From Clostridia bacterium (GTDB lineage Bacteria > Bacillota > Clostridia > CAKSNL01 > HGM11501): a DNA stretch of 64,000 bases. The stretch is taken from NCBI GenBank assembly GCA_045545475.1, contig JAZQAZ010000029.1, forward strand, positions 1 through 64,000, written 5' to 3'. The position numbers and the translations under genes are program-made. Below the pieces are notes generated by a model. It worked only from the letters and a program-made list of their open reading frames with translations. It was not told where the DNA came from and made no database searches. Within the stretch, counting starts at the first letter, position 1. Every line of letters starts with the position of its first letter. Shown here piece by piece: positions 18,882-31,196 of this stretch.

Positions 18882-19841
18882 ATGGTAAACGATGTTTTTG
18901 TGCAACAGGTTCCTGCTCTTGGTGATATCAAAGTAGAAGATGGCATTATTTATTTTAAAAACGGATGTCAAATGAAGGATAGTTTAAACCCTGCCGTTTT
19001 GGGAGCAAGTGTTATTCTTGAGTTTATTAATATTGAGAACGAGTCTAAATTTCGTCTTTTTGTTTCAAAGTATGGGCTTTTAGAAAAGCCACAAGTGTCC
19101 GCAGAACACTACAAAGTAAAAAAAGCAAAAAAAATAACTGGATACCATCCAGTTGCAGCAATAAAAGAGTTTTTGGAATTGCAAAGCGATTTGAGAGGGT
19201 TCTTGGACATCATCCCTGAAATGCATAAAGTGCTAAAAAATAAGAAGTTTGATAATGATTTTAGAAAAGAAGAGGTAGAACCGTTATTATATGACTTTAT
19301 TAATGAGTTGAATGGTTATGTCCGGGCAAGAAAAATTAGTATTTCATATCTGTCTGATAAAAATATATTTCAAACAGAAATTTACTATATGTCATTGCGA
19401 CACTTATTATATTGCAAAATGGCAGAAGTTGTAACTGGCTCTTCAATTCCAAAACGATGCGAAAAATGTAACGATCATTGGATACTCAGTTCAAAGTCAA
19501 ATGTTAAATACTGTACTAAATGCAAAAAGACGGCATCAAAACAAAAAACAAGAGAAAATAAAAAGAACGACATAAAAGAACAGGTATATCTTGGTGTTTA
19601 TGGGCACATAAATACCAAGGCACAGAGAGGTGTTGATTTTTCGCCATATATTATCGATAGAGACAACTTTGACTACCAACGCTTTATAGATAAGGCACTT
19701 AAAATAAAAAGGGAAAGTACAGATTTTTTTCATGATTTGGATGAACTATGTAAATCTGTTTGTATGTGTAGAAAATGTCAAAGTGGACTCGCAACCTTTT
19801 ATAAAACAAAATATGAAAGAAAACAAGGCAGCCCTGAATAA
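18882..19841 (+). CDS. hypothetical protein with C4 zinc finger (CGNR/DUF6076-like, tentative)
   Basis: KRCEKC...VKYCTKC plus terminal CMCRKC; AT-rich; RBS GAGGTG. Confidence 0.6.
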   Translation: MVNDVFVQQVPALGDIKVEDGIIYFKNGCQMKDSLNPAVLGASVILEFINIENESKFRLFVSKYGLLEKPQVSAEHYKVKKAKKITGYHPVAAIKEFLELQSDLRGFLDIIPEMHKVLKNKKFDNDFRKEEVEPLLYDFINELNGYVRARKISISYLSDKNIFQTEIYYMSLRHLLYCKMAEVVTGSSIPKRCEKCNDHWILSSKSNVKYCTKCKKTASKQKTRENKKNDIKEQVYLGVYGHINTKAQRGVDFSPYIIDRDNFDYQRFIDKALKIKRESTDFFHDLDELCKSVCMCRKCQSGLATFYKTKYERKQGSPE

Positions 19842-19879
19842 GAGCTGCCTTGTACAGTTATATATTTTTTAACAAAACG

Positions 19880-19913
19880 AAAGCACCGGGGCGTGAAAAC
19901 CTCGGTGCTTTTT
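19880..19913. terminator. element-supplied bidirectional terminator downstream of ssrA
   Basis: AAAGCACCG...CGGTGCTTTTT. Confidence 0.7.
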
Positions 19914-19974
19914 GTCAGCCTCACCGTTTCAAATCAATGAGTTGACACAGAGCCAATCCAAAGAAAAATACGGT

Positions 19975-20000
19975 TTCGGATACTGACACGATTGGTGGAG
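19975..20000. repeat. right att junction (P arm + core in ssrA 3' end)
   Basis: TTCGGATACTGAC acgat TGGTGGAG. Confidence 0.85.
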
Positions 20001-20335
20001 GCGACGGGAGTCGAACCCGTGTCCGAAAATCTATCCGCACAGGCATCTCCGGGTGCAGCTTATGGTTAAGATTCCCCCACGCTTAAGTCCACAAGCAAAC
20101 TTAAGCGGTCGGTAGCTTCATTAGTCATGCCGTGCTCAAAGCTTTGCACGGTCACGTTCACCGCTAATCGACGCCCGAGCCGGAGTCGCGGTTATCCCCG
20201 GGCGGACGGCTGCACGTTAGGCAGCGATTGCTAAATTTCTGTTAGCGTTTATATTTAGAATTGAGTTTTTTAAGTGGTACTCGCCACTACCCGCTTCCCA
20301 TGGTTCAAAATCCCCGTCGAAACCGGAACGCCCCC
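19993..20335 (-). ncRNA. ssrA: tmRNA; tag (A)ANRNLAIAA* encoded at 20217-20246
   Basis: 5' GGGGGCG..GGTTTCGAC; 3' GGGTTCGACTCCCGTCGCCTCCACCA; G3-U wobble; next to smpB. Confidence 0.97.
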
Positions 20336-20340
20336 AAGTG

Positions 20341-20576
20341 AATAAATTGCAATAAAGCAATTTATGAACGAAAAATGCAAAAACGGCGCTGACGCAAAAA
20401 AGCGAACAGCTTTTTTAGGCTTTTGCATTATAAAATAGAAAATACGAACAGTATTTTCTAAAATAAATTGCAATAAAGCAATTTATGAACGAAAAATGCA
20501 AAAACGGCACTGGCGCAAAAAAGCGAACAGCTTTTTTAGGCTTTTGCATTACTAATTAGGAAATACGAACAGTATT
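20341..20576. repeat. tandem duplication of a ~121-bp multi-hairpin unit
   Basis: Units begin at 20341 and 20462 (AATAAATTGCAATAAAGCAATTTATGAACG...). Confidence 0.85.
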
Positions 20577-20690
20577 ATAAATTAGCAATGAAAATGAGTA
20601 ATTAAAAACCTTCATTTTACACTTCTGCATAAATGCTATCCGTATTCTACCACAGCTGTATTACACAGCCGTTTCCGATATGTTAAATTA

Positions 20691-21152
20691 TCAATAATCT
20701 TTTCCGCGCATCTGACGCTCTATATCGCGGTTTGCCTGCTTTTTAGCCATATCATCACGCTTATCATAAAGCTTTTTGCCCTTGCAAAGTGCAATTTCCA
20801 TTTTAACTCTTCCGTGCTTAAGGTAGGCAGAAAGAGGAATTATTGCACATCCATCCTGCTGAACCTTTCCGAAAAGCTTCATAATTTCCGCCTTGTGAAG
20901 CAGAAGCTTTTTGGGGCGTAATGGGTCCTTATTAAATATATTACCCTTTTCGTAGGGACTTATATGCATCCCATAGACGAAAAGCTCGCCATTATCAACA
21001 TGAGCATAAGAGTCCTTTAAGTTTACTTTGCCCTGACGCATGGACTTTACCTCTGTTCCGAAAAGCTCAATTCCCGCTTCATATTTTTCAAGCAGAAAGT
21101 AATTTCTCGCCGCAGTTTTATTGGATGCAAGAGTCTTTATTCCTTCTCCCAC
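20691..21152 (-). CDS. smpB: SsrA-binding protein
   Basis: [26 protein letters not shown]. Confidence 0.97.
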   Translation of the reverse strand: MGEGIKTLASNKTAARNYFLLEKYEAGIELFGTEVKSMRQGKVNLKDSYAHVDNGELFVYGMHISPYEKGNIFNKDPLRPKKLLLHKAEIMKLFGKVQQDGCAIIPLSAYLKHGRVKMEIALCKGKKLYDKRDDMAKKQANRDIERQMRGKDY

Positions 21153-21221
21153 GAAAACGCCTCCTTTCTTTCGGATGGGTTAAAAACGGAGCATTGGATC
21201 ACCAACACTCCGTTTATTTGC

Positions 21222-21665
21222 TTATTCAGCAGTTTCTTCTTCGGTAACTGTTTCTTCGGTTGTTTCTTCTGTAACCGCTTCTTCAGTTTCCTCAGCCGTT
21301 TCAGCAGTTTCTTCTTCAGTAGCTGTTTCTTCGGTAGTTTCCTCTACGATAGCTTCTTCATCGATAATCAATTCGGGAGTTTCTTCTGTAACGATTTCCT
21401 GTTCTGCTGCAGGGTTGCTCATTTCCTTAGCAATAAGAGAAAGAGAAACAGATGTAATAACGAAGAGAATTGCAAGTATTACGGTAAGCTTTGCGAGAAC
21501 GCCATCCATTGTCTTGCCCTTGTTTTTGCCAAAGAATGTTTCTGCTCCTCCTGCGATACTTCCGGAAAGACCCTGAGATTTACCGGACTGGAAAAGTACT
21601 GTTACCATAAGACCGAATGCGATCAAAATGTGAATAACGGTAACTACAATTTTTAATGCTGCCAT
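21222..21665 (-). CDS. secG: preprotein translocase SecG with acidic tail
   Basis: VLFQSGKSQGLSGSIAGGA..FFGK, two TMs; eno-secG-smpB synteny. Confidence 0.92.
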   Translation of the reverse strand: MAALKIVVTVIHILIAFGLMVTVLFQSGKSQGLSGSIAGGAETFFGKNKGKTMDGVLAKLTVILAILFVITSVSLSLIAKEMSNPAAEQEIVTEETPELIIDEEAIVEETTEETATEEETAETAEETEEAVTEETTEETVTEEETAE

Positions 21666-21761
21666 CTTTGTTCATTCCTTTCTGAAATATGTAAAATTTA
21701 CCTCTTTTGTAAACTTCTCAAAATAGTTTACCACACATTTCAGAAAAAAACAACTCTTTTT

Positions 21762-23024
21762 TTAAATTTTTATTCTGTAAAATGAAGAAAATTTCCCCAA
21801 TTCAGCCTCGATTTTTGTTAATCTGTTATATTTTGCACATCTTTCGCCTCGGCAAGGAGCCCCTGTTTTGATTTGTCCGCTGCCCAGTGCCACAGCAATA
21901 TCGGCAATGGAAGAATCCTCCGTCTCCCCGCTTCGGTGCGAAATTATGGTTTTATACCCCGCCTTATGTGCTGTGTCCACAGCATCAATTGCTTCGGTAA
22001 GTGTACCTATCTGATTTATTTTCACCAGCACTGCATTTCCGGCTCCCAAAGCAATTCCTTTATTTATCCTTTTTTTATTGGTTACAAAAAGGTCATCTCC
22101 CACCAGCTGACATTTGTCCCCGATAGCCCGGGAAAGGCTTTGCCATCCCTGCCAGTCTTCTTCGGCAAGAGGATCTTCTATGGAAAATACAGGATAACTT
22201 TCGGAAATATTCTTAAAGTATGTCACCATTTCCTCGATTGTATAGCTTTTACCTGACTTAGGCAGAACATATTTTTCTCCGTCAAACCACTCGCTGGATG
22301 CCGCATCTATGGAAAGAAGTATATCTTCTCCCGGTGTAAGACCTGCTTTTTCTGTTGCCTTCATTATCAGTTCCAGTGCCTCTTCGTCCCCCGTCAGCTC
22401 CGGTGCAAAACCGCCCTCGTCTCCCACGGAGGTTCTGCCGCCCATATCTTTAATAATACTTTTAAGGGCGTGAAATACTTCCGCTCCCATCCTGACCGCT
22501 TCTGCCATGGAATTTGCCGATGCGGGCATAATCATAAATTCCTGTATATCCACGTTGTTATCGGCGTGGGCTCCACCGTTTAATATATTCATCATCGGTA
22601 TGGGCATAATGTGGGCATTTGCTCCGCCTAGATAGCGATAAAGCGGAACTCCGAGAACATTTGACGCCGCACGAGCCGCCGCAACCGATACAGACAAAAT
22701 TGCATTTGCTCCCAATCGTTTCTTTTCTTCGGTACCGTCAGCTTCAATCATTATTTTATCAAGCTCACGTTGATTGAAAACACATTTTCCTCTAAGCGTT
22801 TCGTTTATCACTTTATTTACGTTTTCGACTGCCTTTAATACGCCCTTACCGAGAAATCGTTCCCCTCCGTCACGAAGCTCACACGCCTCCGCCGCACCGG
22901 TGGAGGCCCCGGACGGAACAGATGCAACGCCCTTTACCCCGTTTTCCAGTATAACCTCCGCTTCCACCGTGGGAAAACCTCGGGAATCTAAAATTTCCCT
23001 TGCCTTAACTTCCTTTATATACAT
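21762..23024 (-). CDS. eno: enolase
   Basis: [40 protein letters not shown]. Confidence 0.97.
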   Translation of the reverse strand: MYIKEVKAREILDSRGFPTVEAEVILENGVKGVASVPSGASTGAAEACELRDGGERFLGKGVLKAVENVNKVINETLRGKCVFNQRELDKIMIEADGTEEKKRLGANAILSVSVAAARAASNVLGVPLYRYLGGANAHIMPIPMMNILNGGAHADNNVDIQEFMIMPASANSMAEAVRMGAEVFHALKSIIKDMGGRTSVGDEGGFAPELTGDEEALELIMKATEKAGLTPGEDILLSIDAASSEWFDGEKYVLPKSGKSYTIEEMVTYFKNISESYPVFSIEDPLAEEDWQGWQSLSRAIGDKCQLVGDDLFVTNKKRINKGIALGAGNAVLVKINQIGTLTEAIDAVDTAHKAGYKTIISHRSGETEDSSIADIAVALGSGQIKTGAPCRGERCAKYNRLTKIEAELGKFSSFYRIKI

Positions 23025-23120
23025 AAAAAACCGCCTTTCATAATTGCTTATACTGTAATTATCGTCAGTTTTTCTTTATTTATGCAAAAAAACCTGCAGG
23101 CAATGCCTGCAGGTTTCATA

Positions 23121-24317
23121 TTAGTTAGTATAATTATCAAAGTATCCCTGCACAAGGACAACGGGTGTTCCCTTGTCGCCGGAGCCTGATGTAAGGTCGC
23201 AGAGCGAACCGATTAAGTCAGTAAGCTGACGGGGTGTTGTTCCCTGGGAAGCCATATTACCCACAAGGTTTCCGTCCTTTTTCTTAATGCTTTCGGAAAT
23301 TGCTTTTTTAAGCTCTTCGCCGGACAAATCCTTATAGTCGTTATCCGCAAGATACTTAAGCTTAAGCTCGTTGGGTGTACCTATAAGACCGTCGGTAAAT
23401 GCGGGAGAAACAACCGGGTCTGCAAGCTCCCAAATCTTACCCTGGGGATCCTTGAATGCACCGTCTCCGTAAACCATAACTTCAACGTGAGCGCCGGTTC
23501 TCTCAAGTACCTGCTTCTGTATTTCCAGAACAAGGTCCTTGCACTCTCTGGGGAAAAGCTTTATCTTATCTTCAGTAGACTTGTTTGAGCCAAGAAGTCC
23601 GTACTTTTCGTTGTATCCGCTTCCGTTTACGGGTGATGTCAGAATTTCGTCAATTCCCACAACGGTTTTAGCACCTGCAGCTTTCAAGATACGCTTTGTT
23701 CTCGCTCTTGTATGAATGTCACAGTTTAATACTGTATCGGTATAATCAAGAATTGCCTTTGCCTGGTTTGCGAAAACGATTTCAACCTCGGCACCCATTT
23801 CCTTTATAAGGTTACCATAGTATTCAACATAGTCAACACCGGTAAACTCATGCTTGTTTTCGCCAAAAAGCTCTCTGTATTTCTCCAAGGAAAGTACGTC
23901 GGAATAGGGGTTTACTCCTGCCGCATCAACCTTGTCAAGGCTTACAAGCTCGTTACCAACCTCGTCGGAAGGATAGCTTAACATAAGGACGATTTTCTTT
24001 GCACCCTTTGCAATACCACGGAGGCATATAGCAAAACGGTTACGGGAAAGGATGGGGAAAATAACACCCACAGTTCCTCCGCCAAGCTTTGCCTTTACAT
24101 CATCTGCAATATCGTCAACAGATGCATAGTTACCCTGTGCACGTGCTACGATTGACTCTGTAATGGAAATAACGTCACGGTCACGAAGGGAAAATCCTTC
24201 ATACTCTGCTGCCTCGATAACGCTGTCAGCCACTATTTTCGCAAGGTCATCCCCCTCACGGATAATGGGACAACGGATACCGCGGGATACCGTTCCGACT
24301 CTTCTTTCTTTTTCCAT
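23121..24317 (-). CDS. F420-0:gamma-glutamyl ligase (CofE)-like protein
   Basis: PIIREGDDL, TESIVARAQG, GSLCDLTSGSGDKGTP. Confidence 0.75.
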   Translation of the reverse strand: MEKERRVGTVSRGIRCPIIREGDDLAKIVADSVIEAAEYEGFSLRDRDVISITESIVARAQGNYASVDDIADDVKAKLGGGTVGVIFPILSRNRFAICLRGIAKGAKKIVLMLSYPSDEVGNELVSLDKVDAAGVNPYSDVLSLEKYRELFGENKHEFTGVDYVEYYGNLIKEMGAEVEIVFANQAKAILDYTDTVLNCDIHTRARTKRILKAAGAKTVVGIDEILTSPVNGSGYNEKYGLLGSNKSTEDKIKLFPRECKDLVLEIQKQVLERTGAHVEVMVYGDGAFKDPQGKIWELADPVVSPAFTDGLIGTPNELKLKYLADNDYKDLSGEELKKAISESIKKKDGNLVGNMASQGTTPRQLTDLIGSLCDLTSGSGDKGTPVVLVQGYFDNYTN

Positions 24318-24498
24318 AAACCTTCAGTCCTTTCAAATAAGTTTGTCATAAGCAAATGCTTTAACAACACTACCTTATTATTTTACATCTTTTTCCCGAA
24401 ATATTCAATAGAAATTTTTATATTATGGAAAATTTTTTTGTTTTTTTCGGTATCTCATATAAAATTTTGGCAAACATTTTTTTCATTTTTATACTATT

Positions 24499-25869
24499 TT
24501 AACTTTTTATCCGTCTGCTTAAAAAGAAAAGGGCGATTAAATTGGGAATTGCCATTGCCGCATTCATCACCTTTGCAAGAGTCCACACTGTGGGAACGGA
24601 AATAAAGGGCCCCAGAAAAACCGCCAGAATATATAAAAACCGGTATGCCTTTAAGCCCCTTTTATCGCTTTTTGTTATGTAGGAAAGGCACGCTTCGCCG
24701 TAACAGCTCCATCCGATTATAGTTGAAAAGGCAAAAAGCACAACGCACAGCGTGAAAAGTAGAGATGCGACATCTCCACCCTTAAAAAATCCCGTTTCAA
24801 AGGTTTTTTCCGCAATTTCCCCGCCCGTAAGACCGCTTTCTTTATAGCTTCCCGTAACCAAAACCGCAAGAGACGTAAGAGTGCAAATTAAAAAGGTATC
24901 AATAAAAACCGACAACATTGAAACAAGCCCTTGCTTTTCAGGAGAATCGGTTTTAGCCGAAGCATCGGCTATTGGCGATGTACCAAGCCCTGCCTCGTTT
25001 GAAAACACACCACCTGAAATGCCTTGCCTAAGTGCCTCCCTCAAAGTTATGCCAGATGCCGCACCCAGTGCCGCCTCAGGCGTAAATGCACTTTTTATAA
25101 CAAGATATATTGACGGGATTATTTTTTCAGCGTGTCCTGCAATGATAATAAAGCAAAGGGATATATATAAGAGTGCCATAAATGGAACAGTCAGCTCGGC
25201 AATGCGGGAAATTCTTTTTATTCCACCCACAAGGGCAATTCCCGATAAAGTCGCGGCAAGAACTGCACAAACCACCGTAACGGAGGAAAAAGAAACATTC
25301 CCGAATTTTATGAAGTCCGGGTTGTTATTCTCCTTTAAAAGGCTTCCCACAGCATCGGCTATGGCATTTGACTGAACCAGCGTCCCCATTCCGAGCAATG
25401 ATGCACCAAGCCCCGAAAAGGCGAAAAAATAAGAAAGTGGCTTAAAGACCTTGCCCATTCCAAGCTCGATATAATAAAAGGGGCCTCCCTTTGTTTTTTC
25501 TTTTTCCGTAATGCGGTATTTTACGGCAAGGAAGCCCTCTGCATATTTTGTTGCCATACCGAAAAAGGCGGCTGTCAGCATCCAGAAAAGAGCACCGGGA
25601 CCGCCTAAGGAAATTGATGCGGCAACGCCAATTATATTTCCCGTTCCGATGGTTGCCGAAAGAGAAGTACAAAGCGATGCAAAGGGCGAAATTTCTCCCT
25701 CGCCTTTATCATTTTTCCGCAGCAGGGATAAAAGTGCTTCCTTTAATTTTCTTACCTGAAGAAATTTAAGCTTTATCGTAAAATAAATACCGGATGCAAG
25801 AATTAATACGGCAAGAGGCCCTCCCCATAGAAAGCTGTCTGCCATATAAAGAAATTCTGCAAAATTCAT
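24499..25869 (-). CDS. alanine/glycine:cation symporter (AGCS)
   Basis: ATIGTGNI, GGPGALFWM, FSNEAGLG, DTFLICTLT. Confidence 0.92.
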   Translation of the reverse strand: MNFAEFLYMADSFLWGGPLAVLILASGIYFTIKLKFLQVRKLKEALLSLLRKNDKGEGEISPFASLCTSLSATIGTGNIIGVAASISLGGPGALFWMLTAAFFGMATKYAEGFLAVKYRITEKEKTKGGPFYYIELGMGKVFKPLSYFFAFSGLGASLLGMGTLVQSNAIADAVGSLLKENNNPDFIKFGNVSFSSVTVVCAVLAATLSGIALVGGIKRISRIAELTVPFMALLYISLCFIIIAGHAEKIIPSIYLVIKSAFTPEAALGAASGITLREALRQGISGGVFSNEAGLGTSPIADASAKTDSPEKQGLVSMLSVFIDTFLICTLTSLAVLVTGSYKESGLTGGEIAEKTFETGFFKGGDVASLLFTLCVVLFAFSTIIGWSCYGEACLSYITKSDKRGLKAYRFLYILAVFLGPFISVPTVWTLAKVMNAAMAIPNLIALFFLSRRIKS

Positions 25870-25939
25870 ATATACCCCTCCGCTTATTACTTATGCAAAG
25901 GGCAAAATAAAAATGCAGGCATTGCCTGCATTTTTTCAC

Positions 25940-26470
25940 TTATTCCATTTCTATAAGACCATAATCCTTATCGTTTCTCTTGTAAACCAGCTTTGTTTCT
26001 TCAGTTACTGCATCCTTGAAAACGAAGAATGTGTGTCCGAGTAAGTTCATCTGCAAAATTGCCTCTTCGGTGCTCATGGGCTTTAGTGCGATTTTCTTAT
26101 GCTTTACAACGTTGAATTCCTTTTCTTCATCGGTTTCGGTACCCGTTTCAAAGTTTGCAGCATCAAAAGCGTTTTCACGGAGTCTCTTTTCAAGGCGTGT
26201 TTTATTTTTCCTTATCTGACGCTCAATTACCGTAACCACTTTGTCAATCGCCGTGTAAGCATCGTCGGACAATTCCTCGGCACGGTAAATCATTCCTCCG
26301 GAAAAGACTGTTACCTCCATGACGCTGCGGTCTCCCTTTTCACCCGTTAAGGTTACTTTCGCCTCTGCGTCCTCCCGGAAGAATTTGTCCAGCTTTGAAA
26401 GCTTCTTTTCGATTATTTCTTTAAGACGCTCTTCAATTTCAATTCTTCTTCCACTGATGATAACCTTCAT
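25940..26470 (-). CDS. hpf: ribosome hibernation promoting factor (long HPF)
   Basis: IERQIRKNKTRL, KPMSTEEAILQMNLLGH.F. Confidence 0.93.
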   Translation of the reverse strand: MKVIISGRRIEIEERLKEIIEKKLSKLDKFFREDAEAKVTLTGEKGDRSVMEVTVFSGGMIYRAEELSDDAYTAIDKVVTVIERQIRKNKTRLEKRLRENAFDAANFETGTETDEEKEFNVVKHKKIALKPMSTEEAILQMNLLGHTFFVFKDAVTEETKLVYKRNDKDYGLIEME

Positions 26471-26646
26471 ATAAACAGCCCCTTTCGTTTTTACCGGAAG
26501 GATTTCCCTTCCTTATTTATAATATACCATATTTGCACAAAAAAATCAATATATTTTTACATTTTTAATATAACTTGCACAAAATCTTTACCGAATTGTA
26601 ATATATTGGGGCGAAAAAATACGGAAGGCGTCACCTTCCGTATTTT

Positions 26647-28623
<1,977 letters not shown>

Positions 28624-28666
28624 TTATATTATATAGATAATTATAAATGTGTAAATATATAAATAT

Positions 28667-29305
28667 TTATATATATTTGAACTCTTTATCAAGAATGCCT
28701 GTTCTTACGCAGTCGTAATCTCCTGCGGAAAATCCCTTGATATATTTCTCCATGGCACAAAGAGCGAACTCAGGCTTTAAGTAAGCATCATTTCCTGCGG
28801 CAAGAATCATAATAAGTTCGTTACCCGCAATTTTAATTGATGCTATCTCTTTTCTGATATCTGTTTCTTTTTCCCCGCTCTTTGTCTTCTTAAGGGTTAT
28901 TATTTCCTTTTCAGCCATAAATGCCGCGATATCTTCCGCGCTTGGCATAGTTTCCGGAGTTATCTTATACTTTGACCAGCAAATCGACTTGAACTTGTTT
29001 TTATCGGGAGAAATTCCGCTTTCAGTAAACTTAAGACCGAAGGGCACGAACTTATTGAGCCTTGCAACAAGCTCCTCGGGGGCAATTTCCATATCAGTCT
29101 CAAGTTCCATGAGCTCGCATATGCTGGTTGTACCTAAGGGAAGCGGAAGAGCAAAGCTTAAACGTGGATGAGGGTTAAAACCCTGAGAGAAGCTTACGGG
29201 AATTTCAGCACGCCTTAAGGTTCTTGTCATAGCGCGGAGAAAATCAAGGTGAGAAATGTATTTTGCATCCTCGCCCTTTTCGTATCTTAACCACATTCTA
29301 CTCAT
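28667..29305 (-). CDS. radical SAM-associated protein (TIGR03936/DUF2344)
   Basis: YISHLD, SQGFNPHP; overlaps upstream radical SAM gene. Confidence 0.88.
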   Translation of the reverse strand: MSRMWLRYEKGEDAKYISHLDFLRAMTRTLRRAEIPVSFSQGFNPHPRLSFALPLPLGTTSICELMELETDMEIAPEELVARLNKFVPFGLKFTESGISPDKNKFKSICWSKYKITPETMPSAEDIAAFMAEKEIITLKKTKSGEKETDIRKEIASIKIAGNELIMILAAGNDAYLKPEFALCAMEKYIKGFSAGDYDCVRTGILDKEFKYI

Positions 29306-31124
29306 AGCATACACCTCCCTTGAAGCATGCCGCACCGCAGCCCGAGCATTTCTCACGGCAGTTGGGTGTCACTATCGCCTTTTTGGCATTTTCATTTTCC
29401 TTTATTAAAAATTCCTTGGTTACGCCGATATCAATTTTATCCCAGGGTAGTATTTCGTCATAGGAACGCTCACGTCTGTAAAATTCGGGGGAAAGTCCTG
29501 CTTCTCTGAAGGCTTCTTCCCACTTATCCGCAAGGAAAAATTCGTCCCATCCGTCAAACTTACAGCCTTTTTTAACCGCAAGCTCGATTACTTTTGAAAG
29601 TCTTCTGTCTCCACGGGCAAATACGCCTTCAAGAACACTTAAGGTGGATTCGTGCCAGTTATATTTGATGAATTTGGAATTTATCTCTTCTTTTAATGCA
29701 ACCTGCTTTTCACGAAGCTCCTCCATTTCATTCTGTCTTGCCCACTGGAAAGGAGTAAAGGGCTTGGGGACAAACGAAGACACGCTTATGGTAACAGAAG
29801 GACGCTTGCCCTTTTCGGGAGATGTTTTGAAAAATTCGCTTACTACTTTTTTGGAAAGGTCGGCAATTCCGAGACAATCTTCTATTTCCTCAAAGGGAAG
29901 ACCTATCATAAAGTAAAGCTTTATGCTTGTCCATCCTCCGGAAAAAGCAAGATTTGCACTCTTTAATAAATCTTCTTCCGTAACTCCCTTGTTTATCACA
30001 TCACGCATTCTCTGAGTTCCTGCTTCGGGAGCAAAGGTAAGACCTGTTCTTCTTACCTTCTGCACCTTGTTCATAAGGTCAAGGGAAAAGTTATCCACAC
30101 GAAGGGAAGGAAGGGACAAGCTCACCTTTTCCTTTTCAGTCATTTTAAGAAGCTCCTCCGTAAAGCAGCCAAGGGAACGGTAATCGCTGGTAGAAAGTGA
30201 CATCAAGGACATTTCCTCATATCCCGTTGATTTCATCAAAGCTTCTGCCTGACGAAGAAGTGTCTCGGGGCTTTTCTCCCTTACGGGACGGTAAATCATA
30301 CCTGCCTGACAGAAACGGCAACCACGGATACATCCTCGGAACATTTCCAGCATGATTCTGTCGTGCACAACGTCAATATACGGAACGATTATTTTATCGG
30401 GATAATATGCTTCATCCAGATTTTCCATAACGCACTTTCTCACCTTGTCAGGGGCATCGGGTGTGTTTTTTTCAAAGGACTTTATGGTACCGTCGTCGTT
30501 ATATTCCACGTCATAGAAAGAAGGCACATAAAATCCGGGAAGACGGGAAACTCTTCTTAAAAATCCCTTCCTATCCTCACCCGATTCCTTCCATGCGAGA
30601 TATTCATCCATAAGTGCCATTGTTGACTCTTCTCCTTCTCCAATTGAGAAAAAGTCAAAAAAGTCTGCCACAGGCTCACCGTTATAGGTACAGGAGCCAC
30701 CGGCATAGATAAAGGGGCAATCCTCTCCTCTGTCCTTTGAATAAAGGGGAATATCGGAAAGGAGAAGCATGTTTACCACATTTGAATAGCACATTTCGTA
30801 CTGAAGAGTAAATCCCACAAAGTCAAAATCCTTTACGGGACTTTTGGTTTCCAATGAGAAAAGAGGTATACCTTCCTTTTTCATTTCATCTTCCATATCC
30901 GGCCATGGAGCAAACACTCTTTCGCAGAAGGTATCTTCTCTTTCATTCAACAAATGATACAAAATCTTCATACCAAGATGGCTCATTCCTATTTCATAGG
31001 AATCCGGAAAGCAGAAGGCGTAGCGGATTTTAACGTCTTCAACATTTTTCTTAACGCTGTTGTATTCGCCGCCTGTATAGCGACCGGGCTTTTGCACCCT
31101 TTTTAATATTTTATCGAGATTCAT
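29298..31124 (-). CDS. B12-binding radical SAM protein (TIGR03960)
   Basis: KPGRYTGGE, RGCIRGCRFCQAG, TFAPEAG, terminal CREKCSGCG. Confidence 0.92.
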   Translation of the reverse strand: MNLDKILKRVQKPGRYTGGEYNSVKKNVEDVKIRYAFCFPDSYEIGMSHLGMKILYHLLNEREDTFCERVFAPWPDMEDEMKKEGIPLFSLETKSPVKDFDFVGFTLQYEMCYSNVVNMLLLSDIPLYSKDRGEDCPFIYAGGSCTYNGEPVADFFDFFSIGEGEESTMALMDEYLAWKESGEDRKGFLRRVSRLPGFYVPSFYDVEYNDDGTIKSFEKNTPDAPDKVRKCVMENLDEAYYPDKIIVPYIDVVHDRIMLEMFRGCIRGCRFCQAGMIYRPVREKSPETLLRQAEALMKSTGYEEMSLMSLSTSDYRSLGCFTEELLKMTEKEKVSLSLPSLRVDNFSLDLMNKVQKVRRTGLTFAPEAGTQRMRDVINKGVTEEDLLKSANLAFSGGWTSIKLYFMIGLPFEEIEDCLGIADLSKKVVSEFFKTSPEKGKRPSVTISVSSFVPKPFTPFQWARQNEMEELREKQVALKEEINSKFIKYNWHESTLSVLEGVFARGDRRLSKVIELAVKKGCKFDGWDEFFLADKWEEAFREAGLSPEFYRRERSYDEILPWDKIDIGVTKEFLIKENENAKKAIVTPNCREKCSGCGAACFKGGVCYE

Positions 31125-31196
31125 GAGCAATGCCTCATTTCTTACTTTTGTATATCTCACATTGTACCATATTTTCCCCGCTCTTTCAAGTACCTT

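Larger units (their letters stand above)
6989..20000. mobile_element. tmRNA-integrated phage-satellite-like element (13,004 bp core to core)
   Basis: Direct core TGGTGGAG at 6989-6996 and 19993-20000 (ssrA 3' end); inverted arms at 7004-7016 and 19975-19987; integrase, primase and a partial virion gene set inside. Confidence 0.9.

Noticed and set aside
6989-20000. Complete prophage or canonical cf-PICI
   Set aside because: No terminase, portal, protease, tail tube or lysis genes between intact att sites.
20341-20576. CRISPR array
   Set aside because: Only two long near-identical units, no unique spacers and no cas genes.
21222-21400. Repeats in the secG 3' end
   Set aside because: Low-complexity Glu/Thr-coding tail, not a DNA repeat element.
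23121-24317. F420 biosynthesis
   Set aside because: A lone CofE-like gene is common in Clostridia; no other cof/fbi genes here.
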